DNA of 64,000 bases from Candidatus Hermodarchaeota archaeon (GCA_048885525.1 JBHLLP010000012.1:24785-88784); one strand, 5' to 3'; counted from the first letter of the stretch, positions 29,551 to 39,301 are shown. Notes: generated by a model not told the origin, from the letters alone. Program-made: numbers and translations.

Positions 29551-30774
29551 ATGATTAAGAATATAAATAAAGGGAATACTTTATTAGTTAAAGGTCCAGC
29601 AAGAATAACTTTACTAGAAGGAAAAGTAGATGTTATTGGTAAGATATTTTCTCAGGATAAAAATATCCAGTCTGCTAATTCTACCGATAAAAATACATTA
29701 ATTGTCCCTAGTGCCCAAGTTTATCCTCTATATGCCCTAGTTAAATCAAAGTTAGAAATTTATACTAATAATGAAGAAAATCTTAAAGAAATCCAAGAAA
29801 ACACGATCTCCTCCAAGTGGAATGAAATTAAAGACTTGATAATAAACGAATTGAAAATAACTACAAATAAGCCTTTAAAAATAATGGTGTTAGGAATTAG
29901 TAGTGGAAAAACAACATTTATCAAATACTTAGCAAATAACTTTCTTAAAGAAGGACTGAAGGGTGCATATTTAGATTCTGATTTAGGTCAACAAATTATA
30001 TATATACCCACAACAATTAACATTGGTACAATTGATGATTATATCATTTCAAGTGAGGATATTATATCTGAAAAAACCATTTTTATTGGTGCTACGTTCC
30101 CGAAAGGAGATAATAAATTTATTATCTCTCTTTCCTGTAAAGGTTTAGTCTCTGATTATGTTGCAAAATATAAAGATGTTGATTTTATTCTTATTGATAC
30201 AGATGGCTGGATTAAGACTGAGGCAGGGATCATTTATAAGAATTTTTTTATTAAAGTATTAGATCCAGATATCATAATTGTGTTTCACGATGAGACAATT
30301 GAAGAATTACTCGCTATAGAGAAGAGTTTCTCGAATTTAAGAAAAGATAGAACAATGTATTTAATTAAGGAGAAAAATATATATTTTTATGAAAAAGATA
30401 AGGAAGAAAGAAGATTTTTACGCCAAAGTCAATTCTCTAAAAAATTTGAGGTGTTTAGGAAAATATCAATCCCTTTAAATGACACGAAATTTATAAAAAC
30501 TGAATATGATAAAGAAAGAGATCAAATTATCGAAAAGAAAATTGATGTTAATGACCTTGTTACGCTTCCTTACCATTATGTAATAATAGGTTTAATGACT
30601 GAAGAATCAGATTTATTAGAAATAGGTCTCTTATTTACAGTAAATATTGAAAAAAACTATATTTTATTATATTCAAACATTTCATATAAAGAACAACTAA
30701 AAGTAAAAAAGATATTGCTTGGAAGCTTAAGACTTAGCACGAAGGGTAACCATCAAGGATATCTATATCTTTAA
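29551..30774 (+). CDS. Clp1/Nol9(Grc3)-like polynucleotide 5'-kinase
   Basis: TLLVKGPA, SGKTT, LDSDLGQ..IPTTI, IDTDGW, ERRFLR. Confidence 0.85.
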   Translation: MIKNINKGNTLLVKGPARITLLEGKVDVIGKIFSQDKNIQSANSTDKNTLIVPSAQVYPLYALVKSKLEIYTNNEENLKEIQENTISSKWNEIKDLIINELKITTNKPLKIMVLGISSGKTTFIKYLANNFLKEGLKGAYLDSDLGQQIIYIPTTINIGTIDDYIISSEDIISEKTIFIGATFPKGDNKFIISLSCKGLVSDYVAKYKDVDFILIDTDGWIKTEAGIIYKNFFIKVLDPDIIIVFHDETIEELLAIEKSFSNLRKDRTMYLIKEKNIYFYEKDKEERRFLRQSQFSKKFEVFRKISIPLNDTKFIKTEYDKERDQIIEKKIDVNDLVTLPYHYVIIGLMTEESDLLEIGLLFTVNIEKNYILLYSNISYKEQLKVKKILLGSLRLSTKGNHQGYLYL

Positions 30775-30789
30775 TTTTTAATTTTTTCA

Positions 30790-30843
30790 ATGAATCCCTT
30801 ATTATTTCTTAATTTTGAAAAATCATGATATGAATCCCTTATT
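30790..30843 (+). promoter_or_regulatory. Perfect 14-bp direct repeat ATGAATCCCTTATT (30790-30803 and 30830-30843) upstream of the ATP-grasp gene; putative operator
   Basis: Two exact copies 40 bp apart, upstream of a TATA-like TTTATTTAAA (about 30869-30878) and the ATG at 30902. Confidence 0.55.
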
Positions 30844-30901
30844 CAATTTTTACAAACATGGGATAAAATTTATTTAAATTATGATGTAATTATAATAAGT
30901 T

Positions 30902-32344
30902 ATGGACGAACTTCTCACAAAGTTTTTAAAATTGATGTCCGCAAGAATTACAGATTCAGATTTAGAATTAATTAATTTAGGAAAATCTTTAGGATTAGAT
31001 TTAGTATCTTTTGCCGATTTAAGAGCCTCACAAGAAGATATATTTGCTGATGAAGTAAGACAAAAAGCTTTAGAGATAATGGAAAAAAATAAGGATAATG
31101 TTTTAAGTACTTTAGATTCATTTTATGCTGGAAGTATTGATTTTATGGTCTCAGATGAAGCCGAAGAGAAAAAGTTTTTTTTATTAGAAACTAATGGAGG
31201 ATCTCATCGAGGACTTTCAATAATTACTGAAAAACAACAAATTCTTCTATATGATGGATATTTAGAAGCTATTAAACAAGCAATTAAAAGAAAAGAGAAT
31301 ACTATAGATAATGTATTTGTAATAATTGGAGTACCAATTAACGATGGATTAATTCATGAAAAAGTTATAATGATTGAATATTTCAGAAAAACACTTAAAG
31401 CTAATGGGTATTCTGTAAAAATTTTTAATACGGATAATTACAATAAGGACTTTAAAGCTGAAATCATTGTTTTAATAGCTGATTATCAGCAACTATCCTC
31501 ATCTCTTTCATTTTCTAATAATTGGATTAAATATAAAGGAGAGAACGTAGGAGTATTAATAGGAGATGGTATTACAAGACGTTTTAAGAATAAAAAATTT
31601 TCAAAATTAGTGAAAAAAGAGTTTCGAGAAATAAAATCAATTTTAGTTAACCCTATATTTCATATAACAGATGATAAATCTCTAACATATTTAGCAAGCT
31701 ATTTTAGTAAAGATCTCCTCAAAAAATATAATTTAAAATATCTTTTATTCACAAAAGCTTTTAATGAAAAGGATTTGATCGATAAATTAAAATATCTTAT
31801 TAAGGAATATAAAAAATCTTTTATTATTAAACCTAGTGGGGGTTCTGGAGGAGCTGGCGTCATTCCCGTTTCTAAGGATGAAGATCCTCTTAATATTAAA
31901 AATATTGTTGAAGAAAGTAAAAAGGAATTTTTTGCTAAGTTCATGAAGTCGCGCGATCCTTTTCCATATACGATTCAAGAAATGGCCGATTTCTCATTAA
32001 TAGAGTGGCAGGAAGGGAAACACACATTTGATTTACGGATTTATTTAGCTCAAAGAGATGGTAAAGTTATCCCAATTGGAGGGTTAGCTAGAATTGCCCG
32101 AGAAGAATTTATTCATAAAAAAAGACTGAATAAGCAAGAATTTGTAGTCAATCTATCTGGCTACAATGGTCAAATTGAAGTTAAACGTGGAATAGGTTTC
32201 TCGGAAAAAAACTGTAAACTATTAAACTTAACAAAAGATGATTTTACAAATATGTTTTGCATAGGTTGTGTTTTATTTTCGGGAATGGTTAAAAATTATC
32301 ATAAAATCATCAATTTTACAAATTGGGAAGAAATATTCGATTGA
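30902..32344 (+). CDS. Circularly permuted ATP-grasp amidoligase (type 2-like)
   Basis: N-terminal GSIDFM...LLETN; C-terminal FIIKPSGGSGGAGV, YTIQE, FDLRIY, GGLARIA, VVNLS. Confidence 0.8.
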   Translation: MDELLTKFLKLMSARITDSDLELINLGKSLGLDLVSFADLRASQEDIFADEVRQKALEIMEKNKDNVLSTLDSFYAGSIDFMVSDEAEEKKFFLLETNGGSHRGLSIITEKQQILLYDGYLEAIKQAIKRKENTIDNVFVIIGVPINDGLIHEKVIMIEYFRKTLKANGYSVKIFNTDNYNKDFKAEIIVLIADYQQLSSSLSFSNNWIKYKGENVGVLIGDGITRRFKNKKFSKLVKKEFREIKSILVNPIFHITDDKSLTYLASYFSKDLLKKYNLKYLLFTKAFNEKDLIDKLKYLIKEYKKSFIIKPSGGSGGAGVIPVSKDEDPLNIKNIVEESKKEFFAKFMKSRDPFPYTIQEMADFSLIEWQEGKHTFDLRIYLAQRDGKVIPIGGLARIAREEFIHKKRLNKQEFVVNLSGYNGQIEVKRGIGFSEKNCKLLNLTKDDFTNMFCIGCVLFSGMVKNYHKIINFTNWEEIFD

Positions 32345-32345
32345 G

Positions 32346-33506
32346 ATGAATGCTGAAACCCTAAAATCATTATTAGATATTTCTAAACGTTACAATTTAT
32401 ATACAAAGATTCTGAAAGAATTAGATATTGTAAGAAATTTAGAATATACCAGCTATCGAATTTATAATACTTCTGAAGGCATTATTCCTCTAATAAAAAT
32501 TGCTAAAAATTCCAATTTTGATGAATTAAAACATATTAAAATCTTTATTGGTGCACAGCAAAATGAATATAATGGTTTATTTAGTATCCTGAAATTTTTT
32601 AAATTAATACAAGATAATAAAATTCAAATCAATAAATTAATCAGAGAAGATCAAGTTCTTTTCTTTTTGCCATTATTAAATCCTTATGGGTTTTTGAATC
32701 CTAGTAAAAATAATAAATCTGGTTATTATTTAAAAAATGGTTCAAATCTTAATAGATTTTGGGTTAGAGCTTTCGTCCCTGAATATAAAAATGGGATTAT
32801 AGATTTAGATACAATTAAAACACCCGAACAAGTTATTATTGTGAAAGAATTACTTCAAAAATATTGGGATAACGAAGATATTCATATATACATACTCGAT
32901 TTCCATGAGACTTCTTTATTGAATAGATTTCCAGTTGAATTAAGTACAAATCTAAATCCCTTTTATAAATTTGATCATTGGTTAAAAGAGGGTATTATAC
33001 TAAATATTATTAAGCTATACGATATCCCTTATTATCGAAAACCTTTATTCTTTAAATGTAATCCTTCCGCCGATCACACGCATCTAAATTTAACTTATAA
33101 ACAAATTGAGACCGTTCATGAAAAACTTTATGACTATATATCAAGGAATTTGGGGATGGGCAAATTACCTTTCTATTTTTGCTACAGCGACAAGAGTAGA
33201 GATTTCTGTCTAAAACTTGCAAATAAAGTTTATAATAAACTGAAAGACAAATTATGGGAAACTTACTTTCCTGCTTTTGATCATAGTTTTAAAAATCATG
33301 GTTGTTTTGTAAGAATGAGTGATGCGACATCTCGAGCTAGAGTTTATAGCATGGAATTAGAATCTCAAAAACATTTCTTCAACATCTTTGAAGAAATAAA
33401 AAAATTAAAATCAGTTCCTAATTACATTGAAAATAAACTTGATCTCATTAATGTGAGTATTGAATTAGCACTTGAGACTATAAAGGAGATGATAGAATTA
33501 TTTTAA
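32346..33506 (+). CDS. M14 zinc carboxypeptidase/AstE-AspA-like protein
   Basis: GAQQNE (HxxE position), PLLNPYG, NLNR, LDFHE, MELE. ATG 1 nt after the ATP-grasp stop is preferred over track start 32268. Confidence 0.72.
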   Translation: MNAETLKSLLDISKRYNLYTKILKELDIVRNLEYTSYRIYNTSEGIIPLIKIAKNSNFDELKHIKIFIGAQQNEYNGLFSILKFFKLIQDNKIQINKLIREDQVLFFLPLLNPYGFLNPSKNNKSGYYLKNGSNLNRFWVRAFVPEYKNGIIDLDTIKTPEQVIIVKELLQKYWDNEDIHIYILDFHETSLLNRFPVELSTNLNPFYKFDHWLKEGIILNIIKLYDIPYYRKPLFFKCNPSADHTHLNLTYKQIETVHEKLYDYISRNLGMGKLPFYFCYSDKSRDFCLKLANKVYNKLKDKLWETYFPAFDHSFKNHGCFVRMSDATSRARVYSMELESQKHFFNIFEEIKKLKSVPNYIENKLDLINVSIELALETIKEMIELF

Positions 33507-34501
33507 TTGTTTATAAAACTGAGAATTGCCCCAACTAAAATACATTCATTTTTTTTATTTGAATGACCACCTTTTTTTAATATTAGTATATTCTTCGCTG
33601 GTGATTCTAAAATTAGTTTATTTTCTATTAAATTTTTGAATTTTGTTACTTTATCGTTTTTACAATGGATTAGCATAACTTTTTTAGATAATTCTTTCCA
33701 TTCTTCTGATGTTAGTTCCTTTTTAGCATTTTTTATCAATAAATAAGGAGATAATTGACTATTCTCTTCCAAAGTTGGAAATAATTTCACCCCCTTAAAT
33801 AAATAATTTAGGATAACAACTGGATTGTATTTTGGAATGTTTTCTTTATAATGTGATATAGAAGCAATTGCAATAATTTTCTCAACATCTATATTCATAA
33901 AACCTCCTGATAAAACGGTAATAGCACCTATACTAAAACCAATACAAAAAATCTTCTTATTTGAAAATTTTTCTTGATTTTTTACCCATTGAATTATTTT
34001 TTTAAAATCTTCAATTCTTTGTAAAAAATCGCTTCTCCTTCCTGTTTTTTTTGATTTTCCCGTACCTCTTGCATCATAAGCTAAAATAATATAACCTTGA
34101 TAAGCAATTGGAAAATATAAATATTGAAGTCTTTCTTTTGTGTCAGAAAAACCATGACAAATTATAATTACTGCATTTTTTGAATCAATTTTAGCTTGCT
34201 CCCTACTTTTTACTAGATTTACCGATAAAAATCCATCAGAGACATTAATTTGTAAATTTAAGACTTGCAAATCCTTGAGAAAAAGCTTTCTCCACCGATC
34301 GAACCAGAGATCTCGAAAAGACCAATAAATTTCGAATGGTGTGTAGACAATTAAAAAAGTTGTTAAAGATAAGATAAAACACTGTGAGAAAGCCGTTGTA
34401 TAACAAGGATTTCCTAATGAAATATTGACCTGCCAAATATACCAGCTAAATAAAATATCAATAAAAATTAAAATTATACGTTTTAGAGTATTTCTTATCA
34501 C
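33503..34501 (-). CDS. Alpha/beta-hydrolase with N-terminal transmembrane segments
   Basis: Two hydrophobic N-terminal stretches; CHGF, YDARGTGKS, GFSIG, HCKND, GGH. Confidence 0.85.
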   Translation of the reverse strand: MIRNTLKRIILIFIDILFSWYIWQVNISLGNPCYTTAFSQCFILSLTTFLIVYTPFEIYWSFRDLWFDRWRKLFLKDLQVLNLQINVSDGFLSVNLVKSREQAKIDSKNAVIIICHGFSDTKERLQYLYFPIAYQGYIILAYDARGTGKSKKTGRRSDFLQRIEDFKKIIQWVKNQEKFSNKKIFCIGFSIGAITVLSGGFMNIDVEKIIAIASISHYKENIPKYNPVVILNYLFKGVKLFPTLEENSQLSPYLLIKNAKKELTSEEWKELSKKVMLIHCKNDKVTKFKNLIENKLILESPAKNILILKKGGHSNKKNECILVGAILSFINN

Positions 34502-34642
34502 AGATTTTCACAGCAATAACTTATCTTAAGAAATCTATACTTTTAATTTTTAAAAGATAGAAATGGTGTAGAAATAAAATATTTTTCTTAGTAAAATAGG
34601 AAGAGATTTATAATGTCTCTTCTCAGATTGATTTATTGTGTG

Positions 34643-34963
34643 TTATTTTTTAGCTTTATCTGGAGGACATCCGAAATCATCCCTTACTTTACAATTTCTT
34701 TTGCTAGAACTGCCTGGGCATGGAGCACATTTAACTTTTCGCATAAGAGCTTCAACTTCATCTATCTCATAACCAAAAGATTCCTCCTCTGTCTCATCTA
34801 CTAGCATATCATCCTTAATTTTACTCAGATCATAATCTATATCTTCTTCTAGATTATCTTTCCAATCTTCCAAATCTAAAATCTCATCCCCATCTTCATC
34901 AATTTTTCCTGATGGAAGTTCTAAATCTTCATCCTCAACAGGAGCACTCTTTTTTTTAGCCAT
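34643..34963 (-). CDS. Small, highly acidic protein with C-terminal Cx2Cx8Cx7C motif
   Basis: D/E-rich N-terminal two-thirds; KCAPCPGSSSKRNCKVRDDFGCPP. ATG 34963 (track start 34972). Confidence 0.75.
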   Translation of the reverse strand: MAKKKSAPVEDEDLELPSGKIDEDGDEILDLEDWKDNLEEDIDYDLSKIKDDMLVDETEEESFGYEIDEVEALMRKVKCAPCPGSSSKRNCKVRDDFGCPPDKAKK

Positions 34964-35118
34964 GTTATTCACATATATTAAAAATATATTTTTACAATTG
35001 AATTTTTTTTATATATAATATTTGCTAAAATTTAATTTTATTAGTTTTAAGTATGGTAAATTCAAAAACACCATGACTATCTAATCGTATATAATAAAAA
35101 ATTAATAGAAGAAGTGTC

Positions 35119-37209
35119 CTAGGATACATCTTTAATATAGATCTGATTAATTTGATCCAAGAGAGGTTCATTCTTGTATATAATGTTGAATATGTTCTTA
35201 ATTTCATCTAAAGTAGGCTCCAGCTCTTCTATTAAGTACGTTTCATAATTATCAATCTTATATCGCGGTATGAGGTACTTAAATTGAATGTTTTTCAGTT
35301 CTATTTTCGAGTATAAGAATTCTCTTATAAAACTGAAATCAATATTAGATTCTAAATATAACTCATCTAAATATATTAGTTTTACTAAGGAATTACATAA
35401 TTTTATAAAAAATCGTAATAATCTTTTAAGTTCCAGTTGATATTTTTGATTTAGAAATTTTAGATCTAGAGTTCTATAGATAAATTTTGAACTTAGATCA
35501 TAATGCAATTGAGATAAAATTTGAATAATTTTTCCACAATTGGATAATGATAAAGGAAGATTTTTTGGTATTGGCAATCTTCTTATAAAACTTCCATTGA
35601 ATCTTAAATAGCCACCGGCCATGTGAAGAGAACTAAATAATGTTTTAAATACAGTATCTAATAGTGTTGAGTTCAATAATGCTAAGAGACAATATAACTG
35701 CTGAGTATTTATCGAAGGGATCCTCATTAAATATAAACCAGTTATATTAGCAAAGATTCCAGGGTCATACACACAGGTTAATTCTTTGGCAATTTCTCTA
35801 AAAATAATTTTTTCATTTTTTAGGTCCTGCCAAATAGGATTAAAAGTAGGATTATAATTAAAATAACAGATTTCAAGATCTCTCTTAGCTATCTTTATCC
35901 TTTTATTAAATTTAAGATAATATTTGTCGACATTTCCTGTCCCAATTAATAGTAAATCAAGATCAGATTGGGGTTCATCGCTGATATTATCAAAATATTT
36001 GCCATATTTTAAAAAACCAAAAGGGCGATATATAATTTTCAAATCTTTGAAAGTTTCAGATAACGTTTTAAAGTTTCTAAACAAGTATGAAATTATGTTA
36101 ATATTTCCTGAGATCGGTATTACTTTTGACGGGAATATATTGATTAGATTTTGATTGAATTTTATTATCTTTATACTATTATTTTCATTTAACTCATTTA
36201 GGTTATTAAAAGCTTTAACATTCACCTCATGTTCCTTTTTTTGCTTAACCTTTTTTAGCGATAAAATAATTGGATATGTAGCTACATTTTGAAATATAGA
36301 TATCGACGATATATTTATGATTTCTTTAATTTCTGATTTATTTAATATTAACTCTCTAATTTTGATACCATAATCAGCAGATAAGAATTTATTAGGTAAA
36401 ATGAATGAAAGATATCCATTACTTTCTAATAATTCTAACGCTCTCTCAATAAAGAGGATTGAAAGATCAAATAAACGATAGGCTGTTTTATATCTTTTAG
36501 TTAAATTGTTCTTGAATTCAATTGGTTTTATCTTTTTATTTTCTACATAAGGAGGATTTCCAATTATTATATCGAATTTATCAGAATTAAACTCTAAAAG
36601 AAAATCTAAATTAAAAAGATTAAAACTTAGATTTAAGAGCTCAATGATTTGGTTAAAATTTGTGATTTTTATGTTTTTAAAATTATCATTTTGAAATGTA
36701 AAGTTATTGTTATCTGTTATTAAAAGCCATTTAATTAATCGCAGTTTTGAGATAAGAATACCTGATTTTTCAATTTCAATTCCATACAGATTTTTTTCAA
36801 TTATTAATTTCTTTATATCAAAATCAGATAATTTTGGCTCTAACATTCTATAAATATAATACAATTTTTCAGCTATAGATACTAAAAATCTCCCAGAGCC
36901 ACAAGAAGGGTCTAGAATCCTTATATTTTTAATTATTTTAATTAAATTCTCTTTAGTTTTTAGATTTTTAATTAGTGTATGAATAACTTCTTCTAAATCC
37001 GATCCATTTTTAATTTCTTTATTAAAAGAAACAAATTTTTCGAAATAGATTCTAAAGATCTTAGTTACTATATAATCTACAACTTGGTTCGGTGTATAGA
37101 TTATTCCAAGATTCCGACTCTTATCCTTTTCGAGAAATTTTTCATTTTCAAATCTCTCAATTCGTTTCTCAATATTATTTAATAATTTTTTAACTACTGA
37201 TCCTTCCAT
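35119..37209 (-). CDS. N6-adenine DNA methyltransferase (gamma class, TaqI/Eco57I-like) with target-recognition domain
   Basis: YTP, LDPSCGSGRFL, YGIEI, FDIIIGNPPY, GGYLRF. Confidence 0.88.
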   Translation of the reverse strand: MEGSVVKKLLNNIEKRIERFENEKFLEKDKSRNLGIIYTPNQVVDYIVTKIFRIYFEKFVSFNKEIKNGSDLEEVIHTLIKNLKTKENLIKIIKNIRILDPSCGSGRFLVSIAEKLYYIYRMLEPKLSDFDIKKLIIEKNLYGIEIEKSGILISKLRLIKWLLITDNNNFTFQNDNFKNIKITNFNQIIELLNLSFNLFNLDFLLEFNSDKFDIIIGNPPYVENKKIKPIEFKNNLTKRYKTAYRLFDLSILFIERALELLESNGYLSFILPNKFLSADYGIKIRELILNKSEIKEIINISSISIFQNVATYPIILSLKKVKQKKEHEVNVKAFNNLNELNENNSIKIIKFNQNLINIFPSKVIPISGNINIISYLFRNFKTLSETFKDLKIIYRPFGFLKYGKYFDNISDEPQSDLDLLLIGTGNVDKYYLKFNKRIKIAKRDLEICYFNYNPTFNPIWQDLKNEKIIFREIAKELTCVYDPGIFANITGLYLMRIPSINTQQLYCLLALLNSTLLDTVFKTLFSSLHMAGGYLRFNGSFIRRLPIPKNLPLSLSNCGKIIQILSQLHYDLSSKFIYRTLDLKFLNQKYQLELKRLLRFFIKLCNSLVKLIYLDELYLESNIDFSFIREFLYSKIELKNIQFKYLIPRYKIDNYETYLIEELEPTLDEIKNIFNIIYKNEPLLDQINQIYIKDVS

Positions 37210-37320
37210 TGAAATTATATTATGTATTTTAAATTTCTTTATTTATAAAAAGAAAAGTAACTATAATAAAAATAATAGAGTTATTAAAAAGATAATTAAA
37301 GGAAAACAACCAGATCAATT

Positions 37321-38226
37321 TTGAATTTTGTAGACAATTCAGCTTTATATGAATTAATAAATAACCCACAGAAAATCTCTGCACTAAAATTTGATATTAT
37401 TTTAAATATCATAAAGACATTTAAATGTATTTTAGAAAAAGAAAATTTACTCTTGGAGGTTAATTTTAAAGAAAAAAAGGAAGAAGCTTATGTAATAGGG
37501 GATATACATGGAAATTTGGAGACTTTAACAAAATTGATTGAAATAATTAACCATAAAAATCCAAAAATCATCATTTTTTTAGGAGACATTGTCGATCGTG
37601 GACCAAAACAATTTGAATGCTTAATGATAGTCTTAATTTTAAAGATTCTTCACCCATCAAAATATTATTTATTAAGAGGAAATCATGAAACATTAGAAAT
37701 GAATGAATATTACGGTTTCTTTCAGGATTTTATTTCAAGATTTAAAAATCAGAGCAAATTCAATGAAATTTTGAGTATTTATAATCTAATACCGATATGT
37801 GCATTAATTAATAAAGCAATATTATGTTTGCATGGAGGGATTCCAGAGGATTTTGACATTTTAAAAAAATTGCAAGGTCAAAGATGCATGAACTTTAAAG
37901 AAGTTTTCAATTTAAATATGCAAGGGATTTATCAAATTATGTGGAATGATCCTAAATCTGGATTAGAAGGATTTTCAGACAGTTTTAGAGGTCCAGGAAT
38001 TAAATTTTTTGGATATGATGTTTTTGAAAATTTTATGAAATATAACAATCTTAAATACATAATTAGATCACATGAATGTTTTTCTGAAGGATATCGATGG
38101 TTTTTTAACAAAAGATTATTATCTATATTTTCATCCGCAAATTATCGAGGATTTTATAGTCCAAATCCCGCATCTTATGCAATAATAAGAAATAATGAAA
38201 TAGTTCCAAAATTATTGGTTTTATAA
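37321..38226 (+). CDS. PPP-family Ser/Thr protein phosphatase
   Basis: GDIHG, GDIVDRG, LRGNHE, HGG, WNDP, RG, IIRSHE, IFSSANY. Confidence 0.93.
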   Translation: MNFVDNSALYELINNPQKISALKFDIILNIIKTFKCILEKENLLLEVNFKEKKEEAYVIGDIHGNLETLTKLIEIINHKNPKIIIFLGDIVDRGPKQFECLMIVLILKILHPSKYYLLRGNHETLEMNEYYGFFQDFISRFKNQSKFNEILSIYNLIPICALINKAILCLHGGIPEDFDILKKLQGQRCMNFKEVFNLNMQGIYQIMWNDPKSGLEGFSDSFRGPGIKFFGYDVFENFMKYNNLKYIIRSHECFSEGYRWFFNKRLLSIFSSANYRGFYSPNPASYAIIRNNEIVPKLLVL

Positions 38227-38308
38227 AACTATGATAAATCATAGATTCATTAATTTGGGAAATTTGATGCTAAACATAAGGAATAAGTAACACAAATTCC
38301 CTATAAGA

Positions 38309-38572
38309 TTAAGTAATTTGAGAAGCATCTGGCTTAATAAATAAGAGATTATTACCTCGAATAAATATCTCGTTGTATTTAGCCACAGGAGTTCCTTCTA
38401 ATAACTCCGTAGCCTCTTCAAGAATCATATTCATGTATGCATCTATTTCCTTTAATAATCCTCTATATTCAGTTCCATCTTTTAATCTGAGAAGTATAGT
38501 TGAACCTTGCGCATTCTGGAGTATTGTTAACGGATTCTTTGACCTTTGCTGAGTATTATTTTTATTTGACAT
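38309..38572 (-). CDS. Sm/Lsm RNA-binding protein
   Basis: PL..L, LKDGTEYRG.L...DAYMNMIL (Sm1), IFIRGNN (Sm2). Confidence 0.93.
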   Translation of the reverse strand: MSNKNNTQQRSKNPLTILQNAQGSTILLRLKDGTEYRGLLKEIDAYMNMILEEATELLEGTPVAKYNEIFIRGNNLLFIKPDASQIT

Positions 38573-38683
38573 TTTTAATTCTTATATCAAAAAATTATTA
38601 TTATATTTATTGAAAAGATAATTTAAAGATAGAATTTTTTGAATTAAAACCTTACGACATAAAAAATAAGAGCTAAAATTTAT

Positions 38684-39301
38684 TTGGTTATCATTGTGGA
38701 AGAACACTTTAAAAATAAAAATAAAAAGAAAACCATAATAGAAAAATACAATTCATCATCGCATTTTTATGACAAAAGGTACAAGGCACTACAAAAAGAA
38801 AAATATGAAATAATATTAAAAAACTACATAGCTAATGGAAAAACTATCTTAGATCTAGGGTGTGGTACTGGTTTATTTTTTGAATATATAGTATTATCGT
38901 TAAAGAAGCAACATGAAATAAGAATTAACTACATAGCATTAGATATCTCTAGGAATATGCTATTACGTTTCAAATCCAAGGTTATATTTCATAATATAAA
39001 ATCTATAAATTTGATACTATCAGATATTGAACATTTACCTTTCAGAGATAATATTTTTCATTCAATTTTTTCAATTACTTCTTTCCAAAATTTACCACAT
39101 ATTCAGATTGGAATCAGAGAATCATTTAGGGTAAGTAAAAATAATGCAGAGTATAAATTTTCAATATTAAGAAAAAAAATAGAATTGCAATTGTTATTAA
39201 AAATATTTAAACCTAAGATTAAAGAAATAGAAATAATAAGTAAAGAAAATCTAGAAGATATTATAATTCAAGGAAAAATTTCAAAAGATCAAGCAATTTA
39301 A
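38684..39301 (+). CDS. Class I SAM-dependent methyltransferase
   Basis: YD.RY, ILDLGCGTG, LDIS..ML, DIEHLPFRD. Exact start uncertain. Confidence 0.88.
   Translation: MVIIVEEHFKNKNKKKTIIEKYNSSSHFYDKRYKALQKEKYEIILKNYIANGKTILDLGCGTGLFFEYIVLSLKKQHEIRINYIALDISRNMLLRFKSKVIFHNIKSINLILSDIEHLPFRDNIFHSIFSITSFQNLPHIQIGIRESFRVSKNNAEYKFSILRKKIELQLLLKIFKPKIKEIEIISKENLEDIIIQGKISKDQAI

Noticed and set aside
30790-30843. Direct repeat as a mini-CRISPR or IS target-site duplication
   Set aside because: Only two 14-bp copies, no cas or transposase genes, and no terminal inverted repeats.
30902-32344. Calling the ATP-grasp a true tubulin-tyrosine-ligase orthologue
   Set aside because: Motif order is circularly permuted, unlike TTL/TTLL; only a functional analogy is supportable.
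32268-32345. Track N-terminal extension of the M14-like ORF
   Set aside because: Overlaps the ATP-grasp gene by 77 nt; ATG at 32346 gives clean coupling.
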